Positions 45,941 through 57,100 of a stretch of DNA of 64,000 nt are shown here, one piece after another; the first letter of the stretch is position 1; every line of letters begins with the position of its first letter. This DNA comes from Thermoproteota archaeon (GTDB lineage Archaea > Thermoproteota > Thermoprotei > Gearchaeales > Gearchaeaceae), in contig JAVVGF010000001.1 in NCBI GenBank assembly GCA_032249235.1, positions 152,399-216,398 of the forward strand, given 5' to 3'. The translations under genes and the position numbers were made by a program. The notes under the pieces are model-generated. The model did no database searches. It saw only the letters and a program-made list of their open reading frames with translations, and was not told the origin of the DNA.

Positions 45941-47218
45941 ATGTTTAAAGCTTTATCTATCTTTTTTCGTTTAATGTTTTATCATTTGTTTCCATACATG
46001 ATTCTTTGCTTAATCTTCAACTCAAGCTTTTTTTCTAACGTAATTACGGATAAGATTAATTTGTCTAAATTCATTTATTTGAACGTGAATAAATGCATCA
46101 TAATAGGAGCTGGACCAGCAGGCTTAACCTTTGCATGGCATGCAGCAAGGAAAGGTTTGAATGTAACTGTATATGAGGGAAGAAAAGTTTTCGCAACGAA
46201 ACCTTGTGGCGAAGCGTTAGCTGGTGATTCATTAAGCGTACTTCCTTTTAAAATCGGTTATATGTACAAATGGATTTTATCGCCTATGCGTTTTGTCGAG
46301 CTCTATTACAACGGTAGGTATTATAGAACAATAAAATCTCCCTTCGGAGAAAACGGCTATATAATAAACAAAAGATTATTCCTTCAAGAGTTGGCGGACA
46401 TTGTTGAAAAAGAAGGTGCTAAAATCGAAATGGGCAAGTTTTTTAAACCATCGCTAGATGACGCAGATTTGATAGTTGATGCGTCTGGCTATTTGACAGC
46501 TTCTCGTAATTATTTAAATTTAAGAGAATTATACAATAAAGAATACAGGAATATACCTGTTTTAAGAGATTATGCTGAATCAAATGGAATACTTAAGGAA
46601 GGTTATTTGCTCATCGATCTTTTAGATAGAGGATATTTCTGGATATTTCCTTATGGCAAAGATACTTATAATATTGGAATTGGAGGTCTATATAGCGGTG
46701 AAGAACTAAGAAAAATTTATGAAAAGAAAATTAATCAATTCGAACTTAAGTTAATAAAGAATACTAGACAGGGTGCAAGTGTATCTATAGGTGGAATTAT
46801 ATCTAATCAAAGAATAGGTAAATATTATATTATTGGAGAAGCTGCGGGCTTCGTCATGCCAACAACAGGTGAAGGAATACGTTTTTCAATACTATCTGCA
46901 TATGAATATTTCAATAACAATAGCTTACTAAAGAACATTAGAAAAAGAATACAGTTCAATGCTAAACTTTTGAGACTGGCGATCGAATTGGATGATAAGC
47001 TAAAAAGCAAGCTAATTAGCCAAGCTCCTGAAGATTTGATCATGGTATTTTTAGGGGAAAAAAGTGTTTCTACTAATGATATTATAAAGTTCTTATCAGT
47101 CTTTTCAAGAAATCTTAGCACAAGTCTTCAAAGATCACTTTACTCTATTGTTCAATTTTTAATATCTAACAAAGTTGATACAAAAAAATATGTATTGAAT
47201 TCTAATGTAAAACATTAA
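45941..47218 (+). CDS. geranylgeranyl reductase-family FAD-dependent oxidoreductase (paralog 2)
   Basis: 425 aa as annotated. The ~50-aa hydrophobic N-terminus precedes the Rossmann motif CIIIGAGPAGLTFA, so the true start may be a GTG/TTG near 46079–46087. It has KPCGEA and IIGEAAGFVMPTTGEGIRFSIL motifs. Confidence 0.7.
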   Translation: MFKALSIFFRLMFYHLFPYMILCLIFNSSFFSNVITDKINLSKFIYLNVNKCIIIGAGPAGLTFAWHAARKGLNVTVYEGRKVFATKPCGEALAGDSLSVLPFKIGYMYKWILSPMRFVELYYNGRYYRTIKSPFGENGYIINKRLFLQELADIVEKEGAKIEMGKFFKPSLDDADLIVDASGYLTASRNYLNLRELYNKEYRNIPVLRDYAESNGILKEGYLLIDLLDRGYFWIFPYGKDTYNIGIGGLYSGEELRKIYEKKINQFELKLIKNTRQGASVSIGGIISNQRIGKYYIIGEAAGFVMPTTGEGIRFSILSAYEYFNNNSLLKNIRKRIQFNAKLLRLAIELDDKLKSKLISQAPEDLIMVFLGEKSVSTNDIIKFLSVFSRNLSTSLQRSLYSIVQFLISNKVDTKKYVLNSNVKH

Positions 47219-47248
47219 TATTTTTATGTAGAGATTTCCTTAAGTTTT

Positions 47249-50200
47249 ATGATGAAATTTTTGTCGAAGAAAGTTATAGTAGTCGCTTTGCTAATTATCC
47301 TTATCTTAGGAATTCTGCTTTATTTTCTGCCAGACATCGGCTATATGATATTCTTTAAGAATCCTTCAATAGCTTTAGTAGGCGTTGAAGGTAAAGGAGT
47401 ACAAGGAGATTTCGTATTGATGAGCGCATTGCTTAACGTTACAAACAATGCAGGGGTATCTGTAGTTTTAAAAGAAGCGAATGGCGAAGTATATTATAAG
47501 GGAGATAAATTTGGAACTTTCAATTATAAAGGTTCTCTTTTCATACCTTCTAACGGTCAAGTCTCTATTAATGTTACAGTATTATTAGATTCTAAATCTC
47601 CTACTTTGAAACAGCTTATTCAAGATATTCTAAAGAATAATTCCTCTGATATATCTTACAAAGCAAGCTTATTAGTTACATCTTCATTCTTCTTCTTAAG
47701 CTTTAGTAAAGAAGTAGAAATAGCTGGCAAGTATATACTTTACTTGAAAGACTTTGTAAAAGTAATAGGATGGGAAATAAACGTCAAAAAGATAAATTTA
47801 ATCTCCTCAAATAATAATCCCTTATTAAATGTAACAGTTAATGCAAAGAATTTATCTAGTTTAGATATTCTTATTAAACAAGCTAATATAACTATTTTTT
47901 ATAAAAAAGAAGCTTTAGGACATTCGAAATTGAATAATCAAATAGCCATAAAAGCTAATGAAAGTAAGGAATTGAGTCTTATCTTAAATTTAACTAATAT
48001 TAACTTATTAAGAGATGCGATTAGGGATTTAATAAATAGCTATTCTATAAGTTTTGATTATATTGCAGATTTAAAGGTTTATTCTTATTATTATTATTTA
48101 GAAACAAATTATACAATTAAGGGAAAGCAAGAATATAAACTATCAGAAGTAGCAAATGATTTGAGACTTAACAAAATAATTATAAACCAAAATAGTATTT
48201 TAGCAGATATCTCCTATTTTAATAATTTAGGTGTTCAATTCTTTGTCAAGGATGTAAATGCAAATATCTACTTTAATAATTCACTGGTAGGCAAAATTAA
48301 TGCAACTATAAATAAAGAGATCATACCTGCTACGGAAAATCGATTTCTTATTTCAGCTATTCCAATTGATTTATCTAGTTTAATAGGCTTTATTTTGGAT
48401 AATAAGACGGTTAGACTATCAGTACAGGCTGACATAAGAGTATCAATTTTTAACGAGACTTATTTAGCTCATCTGAGTCTTGAAAAATCTATAAGCTTAG
48501 ATTATACCTTAAAAGCTAGTATAAACAACGTTAGATATGTTGCAGCCAATATTTTGGAAGTCGATGCAAATTTAATTGCTACTACGAATCTTATAACAGG
48601 TAACTTCACATTGAATAGTGCAAGTTTCAATGCATATTTGAATCAAACTTTTGTAGGAGATGGGATATTACAGAACCCTACAAAAATTTATCTGAATAAA
48701 CCTTCTCAAATAAAAATAAGAGTTTATCTACATAAAGATATCATTCCAATATTAATAATAAAATTGTTAACAAATTCTTCTTTTGATTTAGTTCTTAAGA
48801 ATGCCATATTTCAAGTTAATTTTGCAAATAACACATATCCCGTCAAGCCTAGCAAAGATATAATTGTTTCTGCTCAACCTTTTACTTTAGATATCAACAT
48901 TTATAATCCATCTTTCATTGCCTTATCTACTACAACAGATAATAAAATAGGAATTAAGGCAAGTGTAGCGATAAACATTCCGAATGTTTATAACTTACCT
49001 ATTATTATAAAGTCAGCAAATGTCACTCTTGTTGAAGATGAATTTGGACAAATAGGATATCTCTACATAACGAACGATCAACTTATATATCCACAGTATA
49101 ATCTTGTTGGCGATTTCATAGCAAATATAGATAAATCTAAGCTTCAGTTATTGATCCAAAAAGCTATAAATAACAACGGCCTTAATGTTACCTTTAAAGA
49201 TATCGTTATAACAGTATCTATACTTGACAAGACAACTACAATAAAGTTGAGTAAAACATTTGCATTAAAAGTACCTACACCTTTAGTTCTCGAATCTAAT
49301 CTAGGAATTAAAAAAGTATCAATAGGGCCTTCGCCTAAATCTTTCTTGATAGACACAGATTTCACTATAAATCTAAAAAGTATGTCTGTTTCCAATGTAT
49401 ATATTAGCGACGCTCGGGCTCAAATATACTTTAAGGATAAACAGATTGGCTACGCGTACATAACAATTAACAGAGTTGTTATCAACTTACCTTTCACTTA
49501 TAGTGGTAAGGCTTTAATTAACATTACAGACGAAGGTGCAAGCATGTTAGCTATTGAAATTTTAAAGCAAAATCCTATTACAGTAAGCATTAAAAATATT
49601 CAAGTTAATCTCAAAATCACAGATATACCAATTTCTATAGCTTTACCATCAAACATTGTATTTCAATCAACAATCAAGCCAGATATTAATATACATGTAA
49701 GCGATTTTACTATTCGTTCACCTGGTAACGTTATAGATGCGTTTGCCCAACTTAATTCAACTCTTATTAAATTAAACGTTGACAGAATAGATTCTCTTTC
49801 TGCAAATATTATCGATGAAAATGGGAAGATTTTAGGTTATATTTTAGGTGTTTCCGTAGTTAACAATCCAAATTATATATTTCAAGGAATGATTGAATTG
49901 CAACTAACGCAGCAAGGACTTGATTCATTAGCACCTAAGCTAATGAATAACAATACTTTAATTATTTTCGCTAAAAATATTGTTATAAATGCTTATATTA
50001 ATAATGTTAAAATTTATATAAATGATCCTAATATATATATTATAAAAATCTCAACAGATTTTCAATATAATTATACTTTTAATATTATTGATTTAAATGC
50101 TTATCCTCCTGGTACTTTGTTTAAATTGAATATAACAATCGATTATCAAATAAAGAATGGTGTTAATACACCTTTTAGTGTTATTAAAGCAACAATGAAA

Positions 50201-50893
50201 ATATATAATTTAACAGATTTCTATTTAGGGGATGCTATAGTAGATAAGCCTGTATATGTTAGCTCTTTGTCTGGAAGAATTAATTTCAATGCTTCCTTCT
50301 ATTTACGACCTGAAGGAGCTCCTTGGTTTGCATCAAACCTCGTTAATAACGGTACTGTTAGGATTAAGATTAGCGAAATCTACGCTACTGTGAAATTTTT
50401 CGATTATAACGTAACTGTACCTATAAAAGGTTTAACATATACATACAAAACCAATCCTGTAACTATAAAAATTGAAAAAATAACGATAAAGAGTGTTAAT
50501 CCCTTCGCAAACAGCGCAGTGGTAGAAGCAACTATTTTAGTGTATAATCCATTTAAGTTCCCAGTTACTATTACCTACATGTCTGGAAGCAATTATAGTA
50601 TAACTTTCCAAATTTTCGAATCTCAAAGAGAAGCTCATCCAGGTTATTATCTAGGATATGGCTGGTATTCTTCACAGACTTATGTTCCTGCTTTAAGTAA
50701 TGTTACTTTATATCCTGTAACTGTTGTATTAACAGATGTTCTACATTTATTCCTTCCTCCTCACGGAACGCTAGTCCCTTTACATACAAGTATATATGTC
50801 GATGCTCTGAATGGAAGAGCAGGAATAAAACTATATGATCTTTACTTTACTTTTAAGTTTGAAAAGAGAGAAATATACGTGACTTATCCTTAA
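47249..50893 (+). CDS. giant N-terminally anchored beta-repeat surface protein (paralog A; LEA_2/WHy-like repeated beta-sandwich modules suspected)
   Basis: 1214 aa. A single N-terminal TM (VIVVALLIILILGILLYFL) is followed by more than ten ~100-aa modules of alternating hydrophobic/polar beta-strand pattern (e.g. ISIKNIQVNLKITDIPISIALPSNIVF) with very dense N-x-S/T sequons. Confidence 0.65.
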   Translation: MMKFLSKKVIVVALLIILILGILLYFLPDIGYMIFFKNPSIALVGVEGKGVQGDFVLMSALLNVTNNAGVSVVLKEANGEVYYKGDKFGTFNYKGSLFIPSNGQVSINVTVLLDSKSPTLKQLIQDILKNNSSDISYKASLLVTSSFFFLSFSKEVEIAGKYILYLKDFVKVIGWEINVKKINLISSNNNPLLNVTVNAKNLSSLDILIKQANITIFYKKEALGHSKLNNQIAIKANESKELSLILNLTNINLLRDAIRDLINSYSISFDYIADLKVYSYYYYLETNYTIKGKQEYKLSEVANDLRLNKIIINQNSILADISYFNNLGVQFFVKDVNANIYFNNSLVGKINATINKEIIPATENRFLISAIPIDLSSLIGFILDNKTVRLSVQADIRVSIFNETYLAHLSLEKSISLDYTLKASINNVRYVAANILEVDANLIATTNLITGNFTLNSASFNAYLNQTFVGDGILQNPTKIYLNKPSQIKIRVYLHKDIIPILIIKLLTNSSFDLVLKNAIFQVNFANNTYPVKPSKDIIVSAQPFTLDINIYNPSFIALSTTTDNKIGIKASVAINIPNVYNLPIIIKSANVTLVEDEFGQIGYLYITNDQLIYPQYNLVGDFIANIDKSKLQLLIQKAINNNGLNVTFKDIVITVSILDKTTTIKLSKTFALKVPTPLVLESNLGIKKVSIGPSPKSFLIDTDFTINLKSMSVSNVYISDARAQIYFKDKQIGYAYITINRVVINLPFTYSGKALINITDEGASMLAIEILKQNPITVSIKNIQVNLKITDIPISIALPSNIVFQSTIKPDINIHVSDFTIRSPGNVIDAFAQLNSTLIKLNVDRIDSLSANIIDENGKILGYILGVSVVNNPNYIFQGMIELQLTQQGLDSLAPKLMNNNTLIIFAKNIVINAYINNVKIYINDPNIYIIKISTDFQYNYTFNIIDLNAYPPGTLFKLNITIDYQIKNGVNTPFSVIKATMKIYNLTDFYLGDAIVDKPVYVSSLSGRINFNASFYLRPEGAPWFASNLVNNGTVRIKISEIYATVKFFDYNVTVPIKGLTYTYKTNPVTIKIEKITIKSVNPFANSAVVEATILVYNPFKFPVTITYMSGSNYSITFQIFESQREAHPGYYLGYGWYSSQTYVPALSNVTLYPVTVVLTDVLHLFLPPHGTLVPLHTSIYVDALNGRAGIKLYDLYFTFKFEKREIYVTYP

Positions 50894-52794
50894 GATATTG
50901 ATTGTTTTTTGTTTTTTGAGCGTGTAATTATTAATCCTATTAAGAACATGATAATCGCTATCAATCCTAAAGCTGGAATCCATTCATAGATTAGAAATAA
51001 CTCTTTATAGCTCGTTTTTGAAGGAACTTTTACTGGTATTATGTTTGAGAAATTGCTCTCGCCATACTCGTTGAAAGCTGTTATAGCATAGTAATATTGA
51101 ACATCTTTGGAAGCTGAAGTGTCGATATAGGAATAAATGTTGCCTTCAGTTGTTGCGATTTTTTTCAATGAGTTTGGACTTTCTCCTCTATAAATATTAT
51201 ATCCTAAAACAGGAATGTAGAATGGGTTATTATCTATCCAACTCAGTGAGGGATAGCCTGAAACGCTAGCAATTAAGCTAGGAGCTTGAGGAGGTTGTGG
51301 ATTTATTCCAGTATTTATCTTTATAGTTAAAGAAGAAACCAAGTTGAAATTATTCGAAGCTGAAACTTCTAAGCTTATATTATACAGACCGTTAGGGAGG
51401 TTATTCAAATAGAAAGTGGCTATCAGGCCATTTCTATTTTCAAAACCGATCAATGCAGTATAAGCTTTTGGATATTTAGTTACAGGTGCAATTGTAATTT
51501 TGAAAAATTTCAAATATGTTGAATTGTTCGCTGCTATAACTGCTACTGTACCATACAAATCAAAAGCAGTAACGTTTGATTTAGAAGTATATTGAATTTT
51601 ATCTATTGAGGAAAAGTATGCGCTTGCATTATTGAATACAATAATATTGTTTAAATCTGAAATCGAGGAATCAACTGCGATAATTTTTGCATTATTTCTA
51701 AGTATTACTTTATCTACAATTGAACTCTTATTTAACATTAATTTCGAATTGCCTTTTGCATAAATTAATCCAATCAACCTTACATTGTATGCTTTTAATC
51801 CAACATTATCATCAATATATATATCTATATTAGAAGAGTTTGCTAAATACACATCTTTAATTTTACTAAAATAAAGTCTCCATTTTTTAATCTCCGTATT
51901 TATTAAATTAATGAATGTTTCATTTGATAATATAAAATTTTTCTTTAAAAAATATCCTGTACTTAAATTTGTAATTTTACTATTAATATCAAATATAGAT
52001 ATAATGAGATTTACAGAATCATAAATAGTATAATTTCCTTTATTTAATAGTAATATTTCAGAATTTAATTCAGGAGGATTTATATAACTGTTGAATACTT
52101 CTATTCTATTATTCTGGAAATATTGTGGTTTTAAGAGAGTAGAATTCCAATATTTAAAATAACCATGAGGGATTTGGATAGATACGGAATTTCCAAAATT
52201 AATTGCCAAACTTATTGAGAACGTTGAAGAGTTTATGAACGCATTTATGCCTTGATCATAAAGAATCAAATCAAATCCTGAAGAACTTCTAATGGATAAG
52301 TTAGAGGAAGAAAGAGGAGTGATTCTAATTTTTCCATAGAATGCAACTAAAGAAGAGTTCAAAGAACTTTCATTTAAAACCATTTCAAAATTATTCGATG
52401 AAATACTTGAATTTGTTAGTATGATTTCAGATTTGTTAAATGACTTAAATTGTATTCCATAATCTACATTTAATTTTGTATTATTTAAAATTAAAGAAGA
52501 TTTATATAGTGTAATGTTATTTTTAAAGTTTATCTCAGAATTATTTATAACTATTTTTGAATTATTATTAGCTTGTACCATTCCACTTATAGTTATATTC
52601 GAGGAATTATTTATAATTAGTTGTGCATTGTTTTTTAAATATATATCACATATATAAAGACCATTTGTATTTATAGTATATTGCTGTGAATCAAGATTTA
52701 TATTTTCGCAAGAAGGTGCCTTGACGATTTGACTTGAATTGAAAATATTCAAAGCGAGCAAGATGAGTATTAAGTAAGCCTTTTTATCCTCCAT
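50890..52794 (-). CDS. secreted right-handed beta-helix-like protein with fibronectin type III domain and C-terminal TM anchor
   Basis: 634 aa. A signal peptide is followed by many short Asn/Ile-rich parallel-beta-helix-like repeats (..NNSxI..), then an FN3-like segment (PQAPSLIASVSGYPSLSWIDNN...YNIYRGESPN...YYYAITAFNEYGESNFS), then the TM LIAIIMFLIGLIIT with a basic tail. Confidence 0.6.
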   Translation of the reverse strand: MEDKKAYLILILLALNIFNSSQIVKAPSCENINLDSQQYTINTNGLYICDIYLKNNAQLIINNSSNITISGMVQANNNSKIVINNSEINFKNNITLYKSSLILNNTKLNVDYGIQFKSFNKSEIILTNSSISSNNFEMVLNESSLNSSLVAFYGKIRITPLSSSNLSIRSSSGFDLILYDQGINAFINSSTFSISLAINFGNSVSIQIPHGYFKYWNSTLLKPQYFQNNRIEVFNSYINPPELNSEILLLNKGNYTIYDSVNLIISIFDINSKITNLSTGYFLKKNFILSNETFINLINTEIKKWRLYFSKIKDVYLANSSNIDIYIDDNVGLKAYNVRLIGLIYAKGNSKLMLNKSSIVDKVILRNNAKIIAVDSSISDLNNIIVFNNASAYFSSIDKIQYTSKSNVTAFDLYGTVAVIAANNSTYLKFFKITIAPVTKYPKAYTALIGFENRNGLIATFYLNNLPNGLYNISLEVSASNNFNLVSSLTIKINTGINPQPPQAPSLIASVSGYPSLSWIDNNPFYIPVLGYNIYRGESPNSLKKIATTEGNIYSYIDTSASKDVQYYYAITAFNEYGESNFSNIIPVKVPSKTSYKELFLIYEWIPALGLIAIIMFLIGLIITRSKNKKQSIS

Positions 52795-52901
52795 CTAATC
52801 TTTAATGAGGATTTGTTATTTAAAGATATTTATTAAGATTCGATATCCTTTCATTCGTAATTACAATAAAGAATATAATCGAATGAAACATCTTAATATT
52901 A

Positions 52902-54173
52902 GTGAATTACGAAGTAATAGTAATTGGTGGAGGCCCTGCAGGGGCATATAGTGCAGCTCTTCTATCCAAATATGGTTATAATGTTTTGCTGATAGAAGCA
53001 GGGTCTTATAAAAGATACAAAGTATGTTCTGGTGGCACTCCTCTTCGCTCAGTTGAACTTCTTTCAAAATTGGGCGATCCTTCAAAAATTGTTGAGAGAG
53101 AGATTAAAGGTGTGAATATATTTATAGAGAACAAAGAAGTTATTTCAACTTATAAAGAAAAACCGATTGGATATAGCTATTATAGAAGCGAACTAGATCA
53201 ATGGATAAGAGATAGAGCTTCAGATCTGGGTTCAGTTGTATATCATGAAACAATTGCTAAAAAGATTAAAATAGAAAGAGATTTCGTTTATGTTAAGTGT
53301 TATCAAAAAGGGTTAGCTATTGATTTTAAAGGTAAACTTTTGATAGGTGCTTTTGGAATCAAGCCTGATTTATTGTTACAATTAGGCATAAAACCCACAG
53401 AATATCTCATATCTGTTCAGAGCGAGTTTAAAGGTGATACTCAACATATGGAAGAAGAAATAAGATCCTCTTTTAATTTTCTTATCCATCCTGAATTCTC
53501 AACATTTAGCTATGGTTGGATATTCCCAAAAAGCGAAGGTCTATCGATAGGTATAACGGATCGTATGGAAGGAAATATTGTATTAGAGAGATTTAAAAAA
53601 ATGTTATCTCAGCATCCTTTGGTTAAGGAGAAAATAAAAAACATGAAAATAATGCCAGTTAACGGTAAAGATGTTTTAGCTCACTTGAATCCAAATCGTC
53701 CTCTAAAAAGGACTTTTGGAAGAAGATTTGTTTTAGTAGGAGACGCAGCTGGCTTTGCAGATCCTATAACTTGGGAAGGGATATATTTTGCATTGAAGAG
53801 CGGTGAAATAGCTGCGAATGCTTTTTCAAAATTGCTTGAAAAAGGAAATATCAATGATAATTCTACTTCGCTCTACGAAAAGATGTGGAAAAGAGATTTC
53901 GGTAAAGTTTTTGAGATTGAATGGGCTGTTAAGCAACTCTTATGGGGAAAAGATCTAACCAATAAATGGCTCACTATAGCGAAATTTTTCAAGAGTAAAG
54001 AAGAAAGATATAACTTATTGAAAGAAGAACTTGCTCTGAGCATGTCGATAGCACCAGTTATAAAAAAGATGTCTACAATAGAGAAATTAAATATCGGCTT
54101 TAAATTAAAAGGTTATAAACTCTTAAGAAAACCCATTAATTTTGTTTATGTTTTCAAAACTTTGTTTTCGTAA
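52902..54173 (+). CDS. geranylgeranyl reductase-family FAD-dependent oxidoreductase (paralog 3)
   Basis: 423 aa with a GTG start. It has NYEVIVIGGGPAGAYSA, a KVCSGG (KPCGxx-equivalent) motif, and LVGDAAGFADPITWEGIYFALKSG. Confidence 0.75.
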   Translation: MNYEVIVIGGGPAGAYSAALLSKYGYNVLLIEAGSYKRYKVCSGGTPLRSVELLSKLGDPSKIVEREIKGVNIFIENKEVISTYKEKPIGYSYYRSELDQWIRDRASDLGSVVYHETIAKKIKIERDFVYVKCYQKGLAIDFKGKLLIGAFGIKPDLLLQLGIKPTEYLISVQSEFKGDTQHMEEEIRSSFNFLIHPEFSTFSYGWIFPKSEGLSIGITDRMEGNIVLERFKKMLSQHPLVKEKIKNMKIMPVNGKDVLAHLNPNRPLKRTFGRRFVLVGDAAGFADPITWEGIYFALKSGEIAANAFSKLLEKGNINDNSTSLYEKMWKRDFGKVFEIEWAVKQLLWGKDLTNKWLTIAKFFKSKEERYNLLKEELALSMSIAPVIKKMSTIEKLNIGFKLKGYKLLRKPINFVYVFKTLFS

Positions 54174-54176
54174 AAG

Positions 54177-57100
54177 TTAAGATAGAATGGCGCATGTTTG
54201 TGGTACAGGTATCTTAGGTGTTACAAAATTTGTAAGAAAGGTTACATCATAAACTGTAGTAGTAGTAGAACCTTTGGCATAAACCATTAAGCCTGTAATG
54301 CATGCCTTAACTTGTAATGGGAATAGACTTATAATTGAATAAGATAGATTCGAATAAAGAGGATTAACGTTTGTTATAGTAACAGTTACACCTTGTATAG
54401 TTACAGATTGATTAGGCCCAAGTGTTATTGTTTGGGATATGATGGCTCTACCTAAAAAGGCTCCAGATGAATGGTATACGTCGACTTTAATGTTTGAAAG
54501 TGTCACAGTAAAGTTGTATGGATTTTTAAATGTAACATCTGCTTGAACAGTGACTGATCTAACCACTACAGAGGTACCAGATAATCCCCAATCAATATTT
54601 CGAACTACGATGTTAGATATAGAAACTGATAAATTGGGGCCAGTTATTGGAAGATCTACATCAACGAATGGAATGTCTCCTTCTATATCATAAATACTAA
54701 CATGCATTGTAATATTGCTCAATCTAACAATAACTAGTCCACTTGAAAGTAGATTTTGACCGAAATAGGCGAAACCTTCTTTATTCAGTGATACGGAAGC
54801 TTTAATATTTAAGGAAGCAAACTTTCCTGTAAATGTTCCTTGTGTTATAAGCTCACCTGAACCTATTGCTTTCCAGGAATTCATATAATTAGCCATAACG
54901 ATGAATTTTGCATTCTTGAAGTTTACGGGCGCATTTATACCTTGCTTAAGTGTTACATTAAGCAAGCCTTCTCCAATTATATTAATTCCTTGGCTTGATG
55001 GATATACTGAAAAGCCTTTGAGTGTGGCGTTTGTTTCTATTTCTATCAAAGAACTTACTCTTAAGAATACGGTTCTAAATAAGAATATATTCACTTCTTT
55101 ACCTCCTAAATTAGCTACAACATTCACATCTGAACCATATAGCAAGGTATCTGCTCCTTTAATTAACGGTCCAATATAAGTTAAAGGATTTTGTGATACA
55201 AAGTTAATTAAAAACTTTCCGTTTAATAAGGAACCATTGACATTTGAATATACACTTAACAGTGATCCGTTTGCGAAATAAGTAAAGGTGTTGCCATCAT
55301 TGAGTTTAAATTTTAACGATAATATGTTAACTGGAATTTGGTAGTTTGGCGAATATAATTGCGCCTCAACTTCTGCTTTTTTACCAGGATAGAAGTTGAA
55401 TTGCGATATCTTAATTATTAATCTAGGAAAAAGTTCGGCTTTTATAGTATATGATGCTATGTAAAGTTTTAAAGGAAGACTAAATAACTTGAGATATACC
55501 GTTATATTCTTTACAGTTAAGTTTAGAAAGTCATTTTGTAAAGCCTGTTGAGCGATCCATCTCAATCCTTCTTCCGTTATTGTAACATTCGCATTTGCTA
55601 CAAATGTTTTACTTCCGCTACCTACGAGTATAACAATAGGTATTACGTTTTCATATTGTCTAGGTTGAAGGGTTGCATTTTTGGCTATAAGCACTGAGCC
55701 ATCAGAAGAATAAACATCATATGTGACTTGATAAATGTATAGCTGAATAGGAAAATCAGATTTTAAATCTATAGTAACATTTAAAGTTATTTTGAAAATA
55801 CCCAATGAAGGTGCTGTAATAAAGCCTGCATAAACTCTTACTCCAACCAATCCAAGCGGTGTAACTTCTATATCTTGAGATACTCTTAGATTGACAGGCA
55901 AATACGTATTGCCAACTTTTAGCGTAGCGTTCATACTTTTTATATAAAATTTAACCTTTCCTTGAGTTGCAAATAGACTGAAGATCTTACTAGTAGATGG
56001 ATCATTGACATTAAGCAATATTGAGACGTTGCTATATGTCTCATCACTCAAAAGAAGACTGCTCGATTTGATCTTAAGAGTTGAATTTGTTTGAGGTTCG
56101 TATATCACAAAGGATGGATTGAGCAAGGAAAGATTCAGCTTACTGACGTTAGGTGCTTTTACGAGGAATTTCAGAGTAACATTCAAGTTATTGTTGTCTG
56201 GGGATACTTGAATGTTTGTAACTTTTATTTCGAAATTAATGCCTAGACTTTGATAATCAACGGGTATACTTATCCTTCTATCTGAATGTATCATTATATC
56301 TTTATTGAAAATTTCAATTGTTCCATTAACATTGAGAATATCTAGCGTAATTGATTGTCCGCTGAAAAATAGGCTAATCAATGATGGAAGGCTTTCTTTA
56401 TTTAGATCAAGAATGAGCGTAATGTTATTTAATTTTTCACCCATGACATCAATATTTGAAAGGTAACCAATGCCTAATCTTTCGTTACCTGAATATACTG
56501 TGAATAATAATTGCTTTATCTTGAAAAATAAATCAAAATTATCGGATAAAGAAAATGTAACATTCGAATTAATCAATAATTTCGTCTCTTCTAAAAATTT
56601 TATGTTATTAACTTTAGCCTGCATGTCAAAATCAAAATTGATATTTTTATTGATTGTTGCGTTAAATGAGGCTTGTATATCACCGAAAAGCAAAGCTACT
56701 TCTCCCTTCCAAGTTAGAACAATTGTTTTATTGTTCACTAAATCATTTATAGCTCCGCTTATTCCATCAGTTTCTATATATGCATTGACAATGAGCCTAT
56801 TATAATCATGAGGCCTTAATTCTATTGGTCCAGAATAATTTAAGGAACCTATATTTTTATTATTGTAATAAATGTTTCCTTTCATTGAAGTTAACGTTAT
56901 TCCAAGATTAGTAGGATTATTAAGAATAATTATTGCTTTTGCATCGTTGTTCTTAGGTATAATTATTTTATCAACAGATACAAAAGATTGGATACTTTCC
57001 AATTCAAACTTAGCTTTTTCCTTAGGAATATGTAAATTGATAGTTAAGAAGCTAAATACTGGAACAGCTACTTTTATGTCTCCTTCATAATAGAAAGAAC

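Noticed and set aside
52861-53085. 74-aa minus-strand ORF overlapping the start of GGR paralog 3
   Set aside because: It lies antisense to a well-supported flavoprotein N-terminus (GGGPAG Rossmann motif) and its product is low complexity.
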